A stretch of 64,000 nucleotides of DNA from an uncultured Verrucomicrobiota bacterium. GTDB lineage: Bacteria; Verrucomicrobiota; Verrucomicrobiia; Limisphaerales; UBA1319. Each line of letters opens with the position of its first letter. The stretch's first letter is position 1. The notes beneath the pieces were generated by a model that made no database searches, was not told the DNA's origin, and worked only from the letters and a program-made list of their open reading frames with translations. The DNA is taken from positions 9,370 to 73,369 of the forward strand of contig CAYWIM010000006.1 in the NCBI GenBank assembly GCA_964458325.1. Reading direction: 5' to 3'. Positions 1-10,499 of the stretch are shown one piece after another. A program made the position numbers and the translations under genes.

Positions 1-163
1 TCTCGGTCAGTTCGCGATACTGGTCCTGGGCCTTCTCATCGACCATGAAATTCTCGATCCGCTGGCGAAGGTTGGCATACCCGGGATGATCGAGGATGGT
101 CTGGCACAATTCCCGGGCTTTGACGATCACCGGGCTTTCTTCGTGTATCAATTGGGTTTCCAT
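1..163 (-). CDS. YlbF/YmcA-family regulator (partial, runs off window start)
   Basis: Manual translation from ATG at 163: METQLIHEESPVIVKARELCQTILDHPGYANLRQRIENFMVDEKAQDQYRELTE..., resembling the helical YlbF family; not in ORF track. Confidence 0.65.
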   Translation of the reverse strand, partial: METQLIHEESPVIVKARELCQTILDHPGYANLRQRIENFMVDEKAQDQYRELTE

Positions 164-443
164 GTTCAATTCTGGTTCTCGCAACGGCGGCCTCGCCCCC
201 CAGGGTCCAGCAACCGCTGGCCATCACTAGACCACACATTGACCCAAGTGGCAACGCCGCCGTGGAGACCGGGCCCCCGCCGCCCCCGGCGCTGTGCGCT
301 TGACATCCGGAGCGCAGCTTGGGCAGTGTGCGGATCGACAAGAGAGAGATTTGCTGTGCAACGCCTTGCGCTCGGCAGAAGCGGGCGGCCCTTCCGGGCG
401 GCAAACGAATAGAACATGAATTCCAAGGTGGAGACCCAGATCG

Positions 444-815
444 ATGGACTGGAACTTCCTGGCCCGGATCGCCCGTGACGAGGTCCGGGCGACGTTGCGA
501 TCGCTCCCGACGGCATTGCGCGACCGTGCCGAGCGGCTGCCGGTGACCCTCGAGCGCCACCCCAGCCGCGATCTTCAGAAGGATGGCATCGATGCCGATA
601 CCCTGGGCCTTTTCGTCGGCGAAGCCTTCCCCGAGGACGGCTGGGGACCTGCCCCCCTGCCTCCTCAGATCCTCCTGTTCCTCGATAATCTCTGGGACTT
701 CGCCGAGGAGGACGAGGAGATCTATCGGGAGGAAATCCGCACCACCCTGCTGCACGAGCTCGGCCATTACCTTGGCCTCGATGAGATCGACCTCGAAGAC
801 CGCGGCCTCGATTGA
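444..815 (+). CDS. Zincin-like metallopeptidase family protein
   Basis: 123 aa, HELGH(Y) HExxH motif, LGLF and IxLF segments typical of minimal zincins. Confidence 0.85.
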   Translation: MDWNFLARIARDEVRATLRSLPTALRDRAERLPVTLERHPSRDLQKDGIDADTLGLFVGEAFPEDGWGPAPLPPQILLFLDNLWDFAEEDEEIYREEIRTTLLHELGHYLGLDEIDLEDRGLD

Positions 816-962
816 CTCCAAAGGCTGGCGGGGGCGCGGCATTCATTCGGATACGGAAGGCGGTTGGCCTCCGGCACGAGATGCGAGCGGGGCGGGGGAT
901 CGATGGGAGGGTGGCCGCCGTTCCGTGATTGAATTTTTGCGGCCAAGCCTTAATCTGCCCCC

Positions 963-1853
963 ATGCGTCACGAGCCTGTCCTGCAGATCGATTTGCCCGG
1001 CCTTCGCAAACTCAAAAGCGGCAAGGTCCGCGAGATATTCGATCTGGGGGACCGTCTTCTGCTGGTGGCGACGGACCGGATCTCCGCGTTCGATTGCATC
1101 ATGCCGAACGGGATTCCGCGCAAGGGCGAGGTCCTCACTCAGATCTCTCATTTCTGGTTTGATCAGATGGAGTCGATCGTGCCCAACCACCGCCTGCAGC
1201 GCGCCACCGATCCCCTGCCGGCCGATATCGAGCCCTTCGCTGCCCAGCTCGCCGGCCGCAGCATGATCGTCCGCAAAGCCCGCCCCCTGCCCGTCGAATG
1301 TGTTGTCCGCGGCTACCTCGCCGGATCCGGCTGGAAAGAATACCGCGCCTATCAGACCGTCTGCGGCATCTCTCTGCCCGCCGGTCTCACCGAATCCGCC
1401 GAGCTTCCCGAGCCGATCTTCACTCCCTCGACCAAGGCCGAGACCGGCCATGACGAGAACATCTCCTTTGACGAGGTCGTCCAGGGAATCGGCCTCGCCC
1501 TGGCCGAGCGGATCCGCGACCTCAGCCTCCGCCTTTACCGCCAGGCCCGCGCCTATGCCCGCCAGCGCGGCATCTTGATCGCTGACACGAAATTCGAGTT
1601 CGGCGAGGCTGAAGGGCAGCTGCTCCTCATCGACGAAGTCCTCACACCGGATTCGTCGCGTTTCTGGCCTGCGGATCAATACCAGCCAGGCCGCAGCCAG
1701 CGCAGCTTCGACAAGCAATTCGTCCGGGACTACCTCGAGACGATCGACTGGAATAAAACTCCGCCCGCCCCCGCTCTCCCCGCCGACGTCGTCCAGAGAA
1801 CTCAGGCCAAATACCTCGAAGCCTTCCAGCGCCTCACCGGCCGCGAGCTCTAA
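963..1853 (+). CDS. purC: Phosphoribosylaminoimidazole-succinocarboxamide synthase
   Basis: [59 protein letters not shown] motifs. Confidence 0.97.
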   Translation: MRHEPVLQIDLPGLRKLKSGKVREIFDLGDRLLLVATDRISAFDCIMPNGIPRKGEVLTQISHFWFDQMESIVPNHRLQRATDPLPADIEPFAAQLAGRSMIVRKARPLPVECVVRGYLAGSGWKEYRAYQTVCGISLPAGLTESAELPEPIFTPSTKAETGHDENISFDEVVQGIGLALAERIRDLSLRLYRQARAYARQRGILIADTKFEFGEAEGQLLLIDEVLTPDSSRFWPADQYQPGRSQRSFDKQFVRDYLETIDWNKTPPAPALPADVVQRTQAKYLEAFQRLTGREL

Positions 1854-1869
1854 GGATTCAGGATTCTCG

Positions 1870-2796
1870 ATGCATAACCTGGTCGAGGATTTTCTGCAGC
1901 ACATCCGCCATGAGCGCGGCCAATCCATTCAAACCCAAAAAACCTACGCGGCGATTCTCGGTCATTTCGTTGCCTGGGCCGCCGCCCAAGGAGTTGCCGA
2001 TTGGCGCCAGGTCGAGGCCGGGCATCTCCTCGCGTTCCTGAAGAGCGAGCGCGATCGGCGCCCCGCCCGATCCGATCCCGGCTCGACGCGCCGGCTCAGC
2101 CCGGAGACCGTCTACCTGGAAATCGCCGCTCTCCGGGCTTTTTACCGTTTCTGCGAAGGCGAACGCCTGCTGGCCGCCAACCCCGCCGAGCTGCTCACCC
2201 TGCCCCGCCACTGGCTGCATCTCCCCAAGTCGATCGACTATGCAGAGATGGAACGTCTGCTCGCGCCGGTCGCACCCGCCACGCCGGCCACCCTTTGCGA
2301 TCAAGCCGTGCTCGAACTCGCTTACGCCTCCGGCCTCCGCCTCAGCGAACTCTGCCGCCTCCGGCTCGAACAGCTCCATCTGGACGCCGGATTTGTCACC
2401 GTCATTGGAAAAGGCAACAAGGAGCGTGTCGTTCCCATGGGCAGGCCCGCGGTTGTGGCCATCGAGCATTATCTCCAAGTCGCTCGGCCCCAATTAGTTC
2501 GCCCCCACTCGACCGGGCAGGTCTTCCTGAACCTCCGCGGCCGCCCATTCGCACCCGTCACGCTCTGGCTCCGGATCAAGAAACGCGCCCGGCTGGCCGG
2601 CATCCAGCGCAATTTGACTCCTCATATGCTCCGTCACAGTTTTGCGACCCACCTGCTGGACCGGGGCGCCGATCTGCGCGTCATCCAGGAGCTGCTCGGC
2701 CACGCCAGCATCAGCACCACTCAAGTGTATACTCACGTCGCTCCGCAGCGCCTTCGGGATATCCATCGCCGGTTTCACCCGCGAGCCTCCCTTTAA
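1870..2796 (+). CDS. xerD: Tyrosine recombinase XerC/XerD
   Basis: YASGLRLSEL, GKGNKER, HMLRHSFATH, LLGHASISTTQVY catalytic R-K-H-R-H-Y set; housekeeping context; XerC vs XerD not resolvable. Confidence 0.88.
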   Translation: MHNLVEDFLQHIRHERGQSIQTQKTYAAILGHFVAWAAAQGVADWRQVEAGHLLAFLKSERDRRPARSDPGSTRRLSPETVYLEIAALRAFYRFCEGERLLAANPAELLTLPRHWLHLPKSIDYAEMERLLAPVAPATPATLCDQAVLELAYASGLRLSELCRLRLEQLHLDAGFVTVIGKGNKERVVPMGRPAVVAIEHYLQVARPQLVRPHSTGQVFLNLRGRPFAPVTLWLRIKKRARLAGIQRNLTPHMLRHSFATHLLDRGADLRVIQELLGHASISTTQVYTHVAPQRLRDIHRRFHPRASL

Positions 2797-2872
2797 TCGG
2801 GCAACTCTTGCGCCACGGGCCGGCTGCAATTTTCGATTCGCTCCAATCGCATGGACCGCGTATTTTAGCCGC

Positions 2873-5800
2873 ATGTCTGATCCGGGACTGGAACTGACCC
2901 ACACCGCCGATCCGCCGGCAGCGCCGCCGGGACCGGCGTGGCGGCGGTGTGTGGGGATCGATATCGGGGCCGAGACGGTCAAGGTCGTCGATCTGGCCGT
3001 TGCGGACGGCCGCATCGAGTGGCGGCGGCGCGAGATCCGCGAGCACGGCAAGGCGCCCGGCCCTGTTCTCCGGCAAATGCTGGCCGCACTCGATTGGTCG
3101 GGCGTCGCCGCCGCTGCGGCCGTCGGACGGCTCTCCGGCCAGCTGCGCCTGCCCCAGGTCCCCCCCAAGCAGGCGCAAGCGCGCGGTTTTCGCCACCTCC
3201 ACCCTGGGCGCGAAGCCACCGTGGTCGGCATCGGCAGCCACGGATTCTCCGTCCTCGAGCTCCGCGCCAATGGCGTCGAAGTGTTCCGCGAGAACAGCCG
3301 CTGCTCGCAAGGCACCGGGAATTTCCTCCGGCAGCTGGTCGAGCGTTTCTCGCTGACCATCGAGGAGGCCAGCGAGCTGTGCGGCCCGGGCGTGCAGTCC
3401 GCCCCCCTCTCCGGCCGCTGCCCGGTCATCCTGAAAACGGACATGACGCATCTGGCCAACAAGGGCGAAAACCGGGCGGCGATCCTTGCCGGGCTGTTCG
3501 ACGCGGTGTGCGAAAACGTGATGGTCCTCGTCAAGCCCGGCGTCAGCCCGCGCCAGGTGCTCCTGGTCGGCGGCGTCAGCCGGTCGCCCCGAGTCCAGCA
3601 GGTCTTCCGGGACGCGCTCGCGCGCCAGCAGATGGAGCTGCTGCCTTGGGATCCGGATTCAGCCACCTACCTCGAAGCCATGGGCTGCGCGCTCGAGTCC
3701 CTCGAGCTCGCTCAGGAGCCGCCGGCGCTCGAGGATCTCCTGGCTCACTCGAAGCCCCATCACCTCGAACGCGTCGCCAGCCTCGCCAATTCCCTCTCGC
3801 GCGTCCGGCGCATGCCGCTGCCCCCGCCCGCCGATCCCCGGGGCCAAGGCCGCGATCTCATCCTCGGATTCGACCTTGGCAGCACCGGATCCAAGGCCCT
3901 GGCGCTGGACGCCCGCACCCTCGAGCAGGTCTGGACCCATTATCGCAGAACCCTCGGCGACCCTGTCGGCGCCGCCCAGGATCTGCTCCGGCATTTCTGC
4001 CAAAGCCCCGCCGGCGCCGGCCGGGTGCTCGCCATTGGCGTGACCGGCAGCGGCCGCGAGATCGCCGGCTCGCTCATGGCTACCTGCTACGGCCGAGGCG
4101 CCGTCTTCATCCTGAACGAGATCGCTGCCCATGCCACCGGCGCCCTCCACTACGATCCCCGGGTCGATACCATCTTCGAAATCGGCGGCCAGGACGCCAA
4201 GTACATCCGCCTGGCCGAAGGCCGCGTCGTCGACTGCGCGATGAACGAGGCCTGCAGCGCCGGCACCGGCTCCTTTATCGAGGAGCAAGGGCAGAAATTC
4301 GCGGGGATCGAGCATGTGGCCCAGCTCGGCGCCGCCGCGCTCGAAGCCGACTACGGCGTGTCGCTCGGCCAGCATTGCTCCGTCTTCATGGCCGAAGTGA
4401 TCGATGAATCGGTCGCCGCGGGCGTCCCGTCCAGCGCCATCATCGCCGGCCTGTACGACTCGGTGGTCCAGAACTACCTCAACCGCGTCAAGGGCAACCG
4501 ATCGGTGGGCCATGTGATTTTCTGCCAGGGGATGCCATTCTCCGCGGATGCGCTAGCCGCCGCCGTGGCTCGACAGACCGGCGCCCAGGTGATCATCCCG
4601 CCCGATCCGGGTCTCGTCGGTGCCCTGGGCATCACCCTGCTCACCCTTCGGGAGGTCGACTGGAAAGGGCTGAATCCGCTGAATCCAGCCCTCTTCCTCG
4701 ATGCGAAAGTCGAGCAAAAGAACACGTTCATCTGCCAGTCCGCGGTCGGCTGCGGCGGGTCGGGCAACCGCTGCCGCATCGATTGCCTCCGGACCCACGT
4801 CGAAAACGAGCGGCGCACCTTCACCTGGGGCGGCGCCTGCTCCCTCTACGACAAGGGAACCCGCAAACGAAAACTCCCCGATCGCGCCCCGGATCCGTTC
4901 CGCGAACGCGAGGAGCTGGCACGCGCCCTGGCGCCCGTCCGCCGCGACTCCGGCTCGAGCCAGGGACGAATCGCCCTCTCGGACGAGTTCGTCCTCAAAC
5001 AGCTTTATCCGTTCTTCGCCGTGTTCCTCCAGGAGCTGGGCTTCGATCTGGTCCCCCTGCATGGCGCCGACCACGCCGACCTCAAGCGCGGCATTCAGAC
5101 CGCCAATATCCCCTTCTGCGCCCCGATGCAGCTGTTCCACGGCTTGGTCGAGCGGCTCGCCGAAACGGGCGCCGAGCGCCTCTTCCTCCCCATGCTGCGC
5201 CACTTGCCCCGCTCGGCCGGAGAAGGCCATGCCGTCACCTGCCCCATCGTCCAGGCCAGCCCCGACATCCTTAAGTGGGATCTCCGGAATGTCGCTCCCG
5301 AACGAATCGTCAGCCCGGTCGTGGCCATCGGACAATCCGGCCTTTCCTCTCCTGAATTCCAGGAAAGCTGCCGCCAGCTGGCCGCCCAGCTCGGGATCTC
5401 CGGCACCCGGTGGATCGAGGCTCATGCCCGGGCGCTCTCCGTCCAGCTGACTTTCGATCGGAAATGCCTCGAGATCGGCCAGCGCGCCCTCGAGTTTTGC
5501 CGTGATCGGTCGGCGGTGCCCGTTGTGGTCCTGGGGCGCGCCTACACGATCTACAACCCTGTCCTCAACTCGAACGTCCCCGCCATCCTCCGCGAGCAGG
5601 GCGCCATCGGAATCCCCGTCGACTGCTACCCGATCGATGCCGCGGCGCCCGTCTTTCCCGACATGTACTGGGGCTACGGACAGCAGATCCTGCGCGCCGC
5701 CCACCAGATCCGGCGGACCCCCGGCGTCTATAGCCTCTATTGCAGCAACTACTCGTGCGGCCCCGACAGCTTCAACCTCCATTTCTACAGCTATATCATG

Positions 5801-7240
5801 GAGGGCAAACCGTTCTCCATCATCGAGACCGACGGCCATTCCGGCGATGCCGGCACCAAGACCCGCGTCGAGGCTTTCCTCCATTGCGTTGCCGAAGACG
5901 CCCGCGCGTCCGCCGCCCCGCCTGCGCCGCGCGACTTCCACGCGCAGCAATACCAGCCCATCAATATCCGCAACATCCAGCGCGATCGTGACCGAGAGAC
6001 GATTCTGATCCCTTGGATGGGCCCCGGATCCGAAATTGCCGCCGCATGCCTCCGCGGCGCCGGCTTCTCCACCCAGTGCCTGCCGCCCCCGGACAGCGAC
6101 GCCCTGCGGCACGGACGCCGATTCACCTCGGGCAAGGAATGCCTGCCGATGTGCCTCACCCTGGGCTCGCTTCTCCAATACCTCGAGCCCCGCGGCTCCT
6201 CGAACGAGCGCTATGTCTACCTCATGCCCAGCACGTGGGGACCTTGCCGCCTCGGCGTCTACCAGTTGCTCACTCGCATCACGACCGAACGCCTCGGCTG
6301 GTCCGATCGCCTCCGCTTCTGGTCCCCCAAGGACACCGGCTATTTCGAAGGCTTCGCCCCCGGTCTCGAGATGCTCCTCTTTGTCGGCATCGAGACCATC
6401 GACATCCTCACCCAGGGACTGTTCGCCACCCGGCCCGGCTCCGCCGATCCCGAAGCAGTCCAATCCATCTACCGACGCTACTGCCAGGAACTTTATTCTC
6501 ATGTCGAAGCCCAAGCCCGCGGCGACCTCTCCCTGGCTCCGGCTCTGTGGCAGATCGCCTCCCGGCGGTTCTTCGGCCTGGCGGATCTGGTCGAGCGCGC
6601 CGCGGCCGATCTCGTGCCCCTGCAATCCGGAAAACCACGCCCCACCGTCCTCCTCGTCGGCGAAATCTACGTCCGCCTCACCCCCTTCAGCAACGATTTC
6701 GTTATCGAGAAGCTCGAAGCCCGCGGCTTGAGCGTCCGGCTGGCGCCCCTGGGCGAATGGCTCGAATACTGCGATGTCTGCAAGCGCATCGACGGCCTCA
6801 AAACCGGGCTCGGCGGCCGCATCAGCGACTGGGTCCAGGAGCGGGTCCGCCACCACACCTACCACATCATGGGCCGCGCCCTGGGATGGCCCGAGCGCCC
6901 CCGGGTGCCCGACATGATGGCCGACACCGAAGGCTACCTCCGATCCAAACTCCGCGGCGAAGCCGTGCTCACCATCGGCGGCCCCCTCCACGAATGGCGG
7001 CGGGGCGATATCGATGCCATGGTCAGCGTCGGCCCCCTCGAATGCATGCCCAACAAGATCGCCGAGGCCCAGCTATTCCACGTCTCCGAACGCGAAGGGC
7101 TCCCCAGCATCACCCTCTCCTACAACGGCGATCCGATCAGCGACGATATCCTCGATAACTTCGCTTACGAGGTCCAACGGCGCTTCCGCCAGAAACAGTC
7201 CGCCCAGCCCGCCCCGCGCCACGCCTCTGCCCCCCGGTAG
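2873..7240 (+). CDS. Fused double ASKHA activase / DUF2229 / dehydratase-like protein (PlsA/Ger-type architecture)
   Basis: Two BadF/BadG/BcrA/BcrD ATPase domains (GIDIGAETVK..RCSQGTG..GRCPV; GFDLGSTGSK..EIGGQDAK..NEACSAGTGSF), Cys linker CQSAVGCGGSGNRC, then FCAP/TCP/SCGPD and KECLP/GPCR/GEIY/ECMP motifs; start taken at ATG 2873. Confidence 0.85.
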   Translation: MSDPGLELTHTADPPAAPPGPAWRRCVGIDIGAETVKVVDLAVADGRIEWRRREIREHGKAPGPVLRQMLAALDWSGVAAAAAVGRLSGQLRLPQVPPKQAQARGFRHLHPGREATVVGIGSHGFSVLELRANGVEVFRENSRCSQGTGNFLRQLVERFSLTIEEASELCGPGVQSAPLSGRCPVILKTDMTHLANKGENRAAILAGLFDAVCENVMVLVKPGVSPRQVLLVGGVSRSPRVQQVFRDALARQQMELLPWDPDSATYLEAMGCALESLELAQEPPALEDLLAHSKPHHLERVASLANSLSRVRRMPLPPPADPRGQGRDLILGFDLGSTGSKALALDARTLEQVWTHYRRTLGDPVGAAQDLLRHFCQSPAGAGRVLAIGVTGSGREIAGSLMATCYGRGAVFILNEIAAHATGALHYDPRVDTIFEIGGQDAKYIRLAEGRVVDCAMNEACSAGTGSFIEEQGQKFAGIEHVAQLGAAALEADYGVSLGQHCSVFMAEVIDESVAAGVPSSAIIAGLYDSVVQNYLNRVKGNRSVGHVIFCQGMPFSADALAAAVARQTGAQVIIPPDPGLVGALGITLLTLREVDWKGLNPLNPALFLDAKVEQKNTFICQSAVGCGGSGNRCRIDCLRTHVENERRTFTWGGACSLYDKGTRKRKLPDRAPDPFREREELARALAPVRRDSGSSQGRIALSDEFVLKQLYPFFAVFLQELGFDLVPLHGADHADLKRGIQTANIPFCAPMQLFHGLVERLAETGAERLFLPMLRHLPRSAGEGHAVTCPIVQASPDILKWDLRNVAPERIVSPVVAIGQSGLSSPEFQESCRQLAAQLGISGTRWIEAHARALSVQLTFDRKCLEIGQRALEFCRDRSAVPVVVLGRAYTIYNPVLNSNVPAILREQGAIGIPVDCYPIDAAAPVFPDMYWGYGQQILRAAHQIRRTPGVYSLYCSNYSCGPDSFNLHFYSYIMEGKPFSIIETDGHSGDAGTKTRVEAFLHCVAEDARASAAPPAPRDFHAQQYQPINIRNIQRDRDRETILIPWMGPGSEIAAACLRGAGFSTQCLPPPDSDALRHGRRFTSGKECLPMCLTLGSLLQYLEPRGSSNERYVYLMPSTWGPCRLGVYQLLTRITTERLGWSDRLRFWSPKDTGYFEGFAPGLEMLLFVGIETIDILTQGLFATRPGSADPEAVQSIYRRYCQELYSHVEAQARGDLSLAPALWQIASRRFFGLADLVERAAADLVPLQSGKPRPTVLLVGEIYVRLTPFSNDFVIEKLEARGLSVRLAPLGEWLEYCDVCKRIDGLKTGLGGRISDWVQERVRHHTYHIMGRALGWPERPRVPDMMADTEGYLRSKLRGEAVLTIGGPLHEWRRGDIDAMVSVGPLECMPNKIAEAQLFHVSEREGLPSITLSYNGDPISDDILDNFAYEVQRRFRQKQSAQPAPRHASAPR

Positions 7241-7309
7241 GTCGAGATTGAAATCCGCGCCCCGAAACAAGGCGGTGGCGGCCCGTTGCGGCGGTGTGCA
7301 TTCATGCCG

Positions 7310-8236
7310 TCAAGTGAGCCCGGGCCATTTTTGCTTGCCGGCGGCTTCCGCGCGCGCGAATGCGGATTGGAGGGCATCCAAAGCGCGTTGGGGCAGAGGC
7401 CCTCGAGCCGCCGCCTCGAGGTTGCGCCTGGCGTTCGCCGGTTGGGTGGTGCCCACAATCGCAACGTGGACCCCGGGCTGTGAGAGTGTGAACCGAAGCG
7501 CAATCTCGGGCCAATCCCCTTCGCTGGCGAAGCCGAGATCCCCCACGCCCAGATTCATCGCCGCGAACCGCTCGCAATACGGCTTCGCGTAATCCTGGTA
7601 AATTCCCTGAAACTCCTCAGCCGGACGCCAGGCCGCGTTGGCAATCGGCCTCTTGGCGATCACCCCAAGCCCACGCTCCCGGGCAATCGGCACCACCGCG
7701 GCCAAATTTGCCTGATCGCAAATGTTGACCGATGTCTCAATCACCGAAATCTCAGGGAGACGCGCCGCGAAGGCGGCCTCCTCGTTGTCTCCCGAGTAGC
7801 CCGCGAATCGGATCTTACCCGCGTCCCGGGCCCGCATCAGCGCCCCCACCGCCTCGCCGCGCTGCAGGACCTCCATCCCGCACGAGTGCAGCAGCACCAC
7901 ATCGATCCGATCGGTCCGGAGCCTTCGCAGGGAGCGGTCGATGGTCGCCGCAATCGCCTGGGATGACCACGCCGGTCCTTCGAGATCGGCGAATTGCTGC
8001 CCGCACTTGCTCACCAGGACGCATTCTCCCCGCCGGCTGCCGAGGGCTTTCCCGACTGCCTCTTCGGAGCCCTGATAGGACGCTGCCGTGTCAATGAAGT
8101 TGATCCCGGCATCGAGCATGATCTGGACGATGATCTCGACCTGCTTCTGCTCGGTTTCCAGGAAGCCGATAGGCGCGGCTCCCCATCCCAAGGGGGAGAC
8201 CGAAAGGCCTGTGACGCCGAATGTTCTCGTTTTCAT
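7310..8236 (-). CDS. Aldo/keto reductase
   Basis: VSPLGWG, FIDTAASY, SKCG, SLRRLRTDRIDVVLLH, GKIRFAG motifs. Confidence 0.93.
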   Translation of the reverse strand: MKTRTFGVTGLSVSPLGWGAAPIGFLETEQKQVEIIVQIMLDAGINFIDTAASYQGSEEAVGKALGSRRGECVLVSKCGQQFADLEGPAWSSQAIAATIDRSLRRLRTDRIDVVLLHSCGMEVLQRGEAVGALMRARDAGKIRFAGYSGDNEEAAFAARLPEISVIETSVNICDQANLAAVVPIARERGLGVIAKRPIANAAWRPAEEFQGIYQDYAKPYCERFAAMNLGVGDLGFASEGDWPEIALRFTLSQPGVHVAIVGTTQPANARRNLEAAARGPLPQRALDALQSAFARAEAAGKQKWPGLT

Positions 8237-8260
8237 AAAGGCTTGGTTGTTGAAAATCCG

Positions 8261-10426
8261 CTACGGGCCAACCCAGATCAGCCGATAGAACATCCGCGAT
8301 TCGGTGGCGGAGATCGGATAAGGGCTGCTGGCGTCCGGAACGTCGCCATAGGTCCCGTTCACATCCAGAGCCGACTGCAGCCTGAACGCCGGATTGGACC
8401 ATTCCAGTTGGATCCCGCCGCCTGACGACGAGATGATCAGCGGGATCGGATCCGGCGTCGAGGCCAGGACCTCCACCCGGAACCGGGTGAACTCGAATGG
8501 GCTGCCCGCCGTCTCGAGGTTGCCCGCCCGGAACCCGATGCAGTCGAATCGCGGGTAGGCATAGGTGTTGTCCGTGACCGAATGCGACCAGTTGGTGCCG
8601 CCACCCGACACCGCCGTGGTCACTTGCACGGAGGTGAGCGATTTGCGGTCGATGGTGAACTCGAGGGTGTACGGCGTGTCGTTCTGAAATGCGGGTTCGC
8701 CGTTCAGGTTGGCGGGGCCGCCCCCCAGCCCCAGGTAGTTGCCCGTCGTGCCCATCAGGTCGCCCGAGCCCAGATTGTTCCGCGCATAGAGCGAAAACGG
8801 ATTGCCCGAAAACTGGAGGCCGAAGTTCAAGGCCGCCATGTAGCCCCGCACGTTCTGCCCATTGCCGGTGCTCCCCGAGCCGAATCCGTCGTTCAAGACG
8901 CGCGTCCCGCCGTCGGCATAGTCGAAGAAGCCGATGCGGACGCTGCCGCCGCTGCTGGTGATGTTGCTGGCCTTGAACTCGAGCGTGCCCTTGAGCGCAT
9001 GCCCGACGCCCAGATGCACCGGCAGATTCGCGGCCGAATCGTCCGTGAAATAGCCCAGCCATAGAACGGACGAGCCCGATGCGACGGTGCCCATCATCGA
9101 GAGGCCGCTCGAGGCATCGAGCGAGCTGGCGGTGCTGGCGAACCAGACGGAGTTGCTCACATCGTAGGGCAGGTTGTTGTAGAGGTAATCCTGGAACAGG
9201 TCGTCGACCACCAGGCCAGCGGGCGTCGCGGTTGCCGGCGTCACCGCAAGGGTGGCGGCCGACGAGGTTGCCGAAGAGCCGCCGTTGCAGCCGACGGTGA
9301 CGATGGCGCGATATTGGTTGCCGTGATCCGCCGGCGTCGTCGGGCGTGTCCAGTAGGTCGGTGTCGTCCCACCCACCCCATCGGCAACGTTTTCCCACGT
9401 CGCCCCACTGTCGGTCGAGACCTGCCATTGGTAGGCGGGAGAGGATCCGCCGGCGATGACCGAGACGATGGCGCCGATTCCTTCGTTGACCGTCTGGTCG
9501 GCGGGGTGTGTCGAGATGCTGGCCGCCACGCACAGCGCCTGCGTCGAGGTCGCTTCCGCCCAGGTCGTGGCGATCCGGAACTCGTCGAGGAACATGCTGG
9601 CCACGACCTCAGTGCCCACATGGTAGATGAGAAACGAGGAGAGCGAAGGGACGTCCGCGCCCGCCGCCAGAGTGAGCGCCGGCGCCGGCACATCGCCCTC
9701 GGCCGCATTCAGCGATCCGGGGTCCACCCACAAGGCGACTTCGTCGTCATCCACGTCCGGATTGAACTGGTAGCGCAGCACGACCAGGTGCGTGCCGGGC
9801 GCCAAGGGCGTCGTCGAGTCCGCCCCGATAGCGGCATTCGAGCTTTTGCTGATGGCCAGGGTGTTGCCGGGGGTGAGCCAGATGCCCGCCATCGAGCTGC
9901 TGCCCGGGCTGTTGTTGATCACGGGATTGCTGTAATAGTCGAGCTTGGCAAATAGCCGGCTGTCCGTGCCGGAAGGCGCCTGCTGGACGTCCATCAGGAA
10001 TGAGACGTAAGCCCGGCCGCCGCTGATGGCGGGAAACAGGATGCCTCGAGTCCGATTCGCGGTGGTGTTTGCGGTCCGAATATAGAGGCCCAGGTTCGGG
10101 TTGGGATCCTGGTAGAGGCTGGGGTAGGAAAGCGCGGCGGCGCCGCCGACCACCACCGTGCTCCCACCGCCTGCGCTGTTCCCGATGGACCAGATCGTGG
10201 CGGTGTCGCCGTTCCCGAGCCGGCGCGCCCGGTAGGCGCTGCCTCCCGCGGGCACCTCGACGGTTTCATCGGAGGAGTTGGTGTAGGAGCTGGGGAAAGG
10301 CTCGTAGATCGGCAGCGGCGTCTGAGCCTCCGCTCCCGCCCAGCCCAGGGTCGCCAGGGCCACAACGGCTGCCGCGCCGCGGATCGATCGGATGTTCAAA
10401 CACCTAACAGCATTTTGGTGGTTCAT
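8261..10426 (-). CDS. Secreted Ig-domain protein with C-terminal FYR tail
   Basis: Signal peptide ending AEA-Q, Ig I-set-like segment (HPADQTVNEG..YQWQ..YRAIV), tail LQSALDV..Y..MFYRL; RBS GAAGGA before ATG 10426. Confidence 0.75.
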   Translation of the reverse strand: MNHQNAVRCLNIRSIRGAAAVVALATLGWAGAEAQTPLPIYEPFPSSYTNSSDETVEVPAGGSAYRARRLGNGDTATIWSIGNSAGGGSTVVVGGAAALSYPSLYQDPNPNLGLYIRTANTTANRTRGILFPAISGGRAYVSFLMDVQQAPSGTDSRLFAKLDYYSNPVINNSPGSSSMAGIWLTPGNTLAISKSSNAAIGADSTTPLAPGTHLVVLRYQFNPDVDDDEVALWVDPGSLNAAEGDVPAPALTLAAGADVPSLSSFLIYHVGTEVVASMFLDEFRIATTWAEATSTQALCVAASISTHPADQTVNEGIGAIVSVIAGGSSPAYQWQVSTDSGATWENVADGVGGTTPTYWTRPTTPADHGNQYRAIVTVGCNGGSSATSSAATLAVTPATATPAGLVVDDLFQDYLYNNLPYDVSNSVWFASTASSLDASSGLSMMGTVASGSSVLWLGYFTDDSAANLPVHLGVGHALKGTLEFKASNITSSGGSVRIGFFDYADGGTRVLNDGFGSGSTGNGQNVRGYMAALNFGLQFSGNPFSLYARNNLGSGDLMGTTGNYLGLGGGPANLNGEPAFQNDTPYTLEFTIDRKSLTSVQVTTAVSGGGTNWSHSVTDNTYAYPRFDCIGFRAGNLETAGSPFEFTRFRVEVLASTPDPIPLIISSSGGGIQLEWSNPAFRLQSALDVNGTYGDVPDASSPYPISATESRMFYRLIWVGP

Positions 10427-10499
10427 ATAGCATTCCTTCATTTCAGATCGGATTCAATCGTCCCTGGCCGCGGGCGGGCCGCGCCCGCCCGGGGCGCAT

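Noticed and set aside
164-443. Intergenic region with TTGACA at 300 and GC-rich stems; considered as a possible ncRNA (6S/SRP)
   Set aside because: No recognisable conserved motif of SRP, 6S, tmRNA or RNase P; would need an Infernal/Rfam search
1870-2796. Tyrosine recombinase as prophage or island integrase
   Set aside because: XerC/D-type size and motifs, follows purC in a housekeeping context, and no att-like repeats or phage genes nearby
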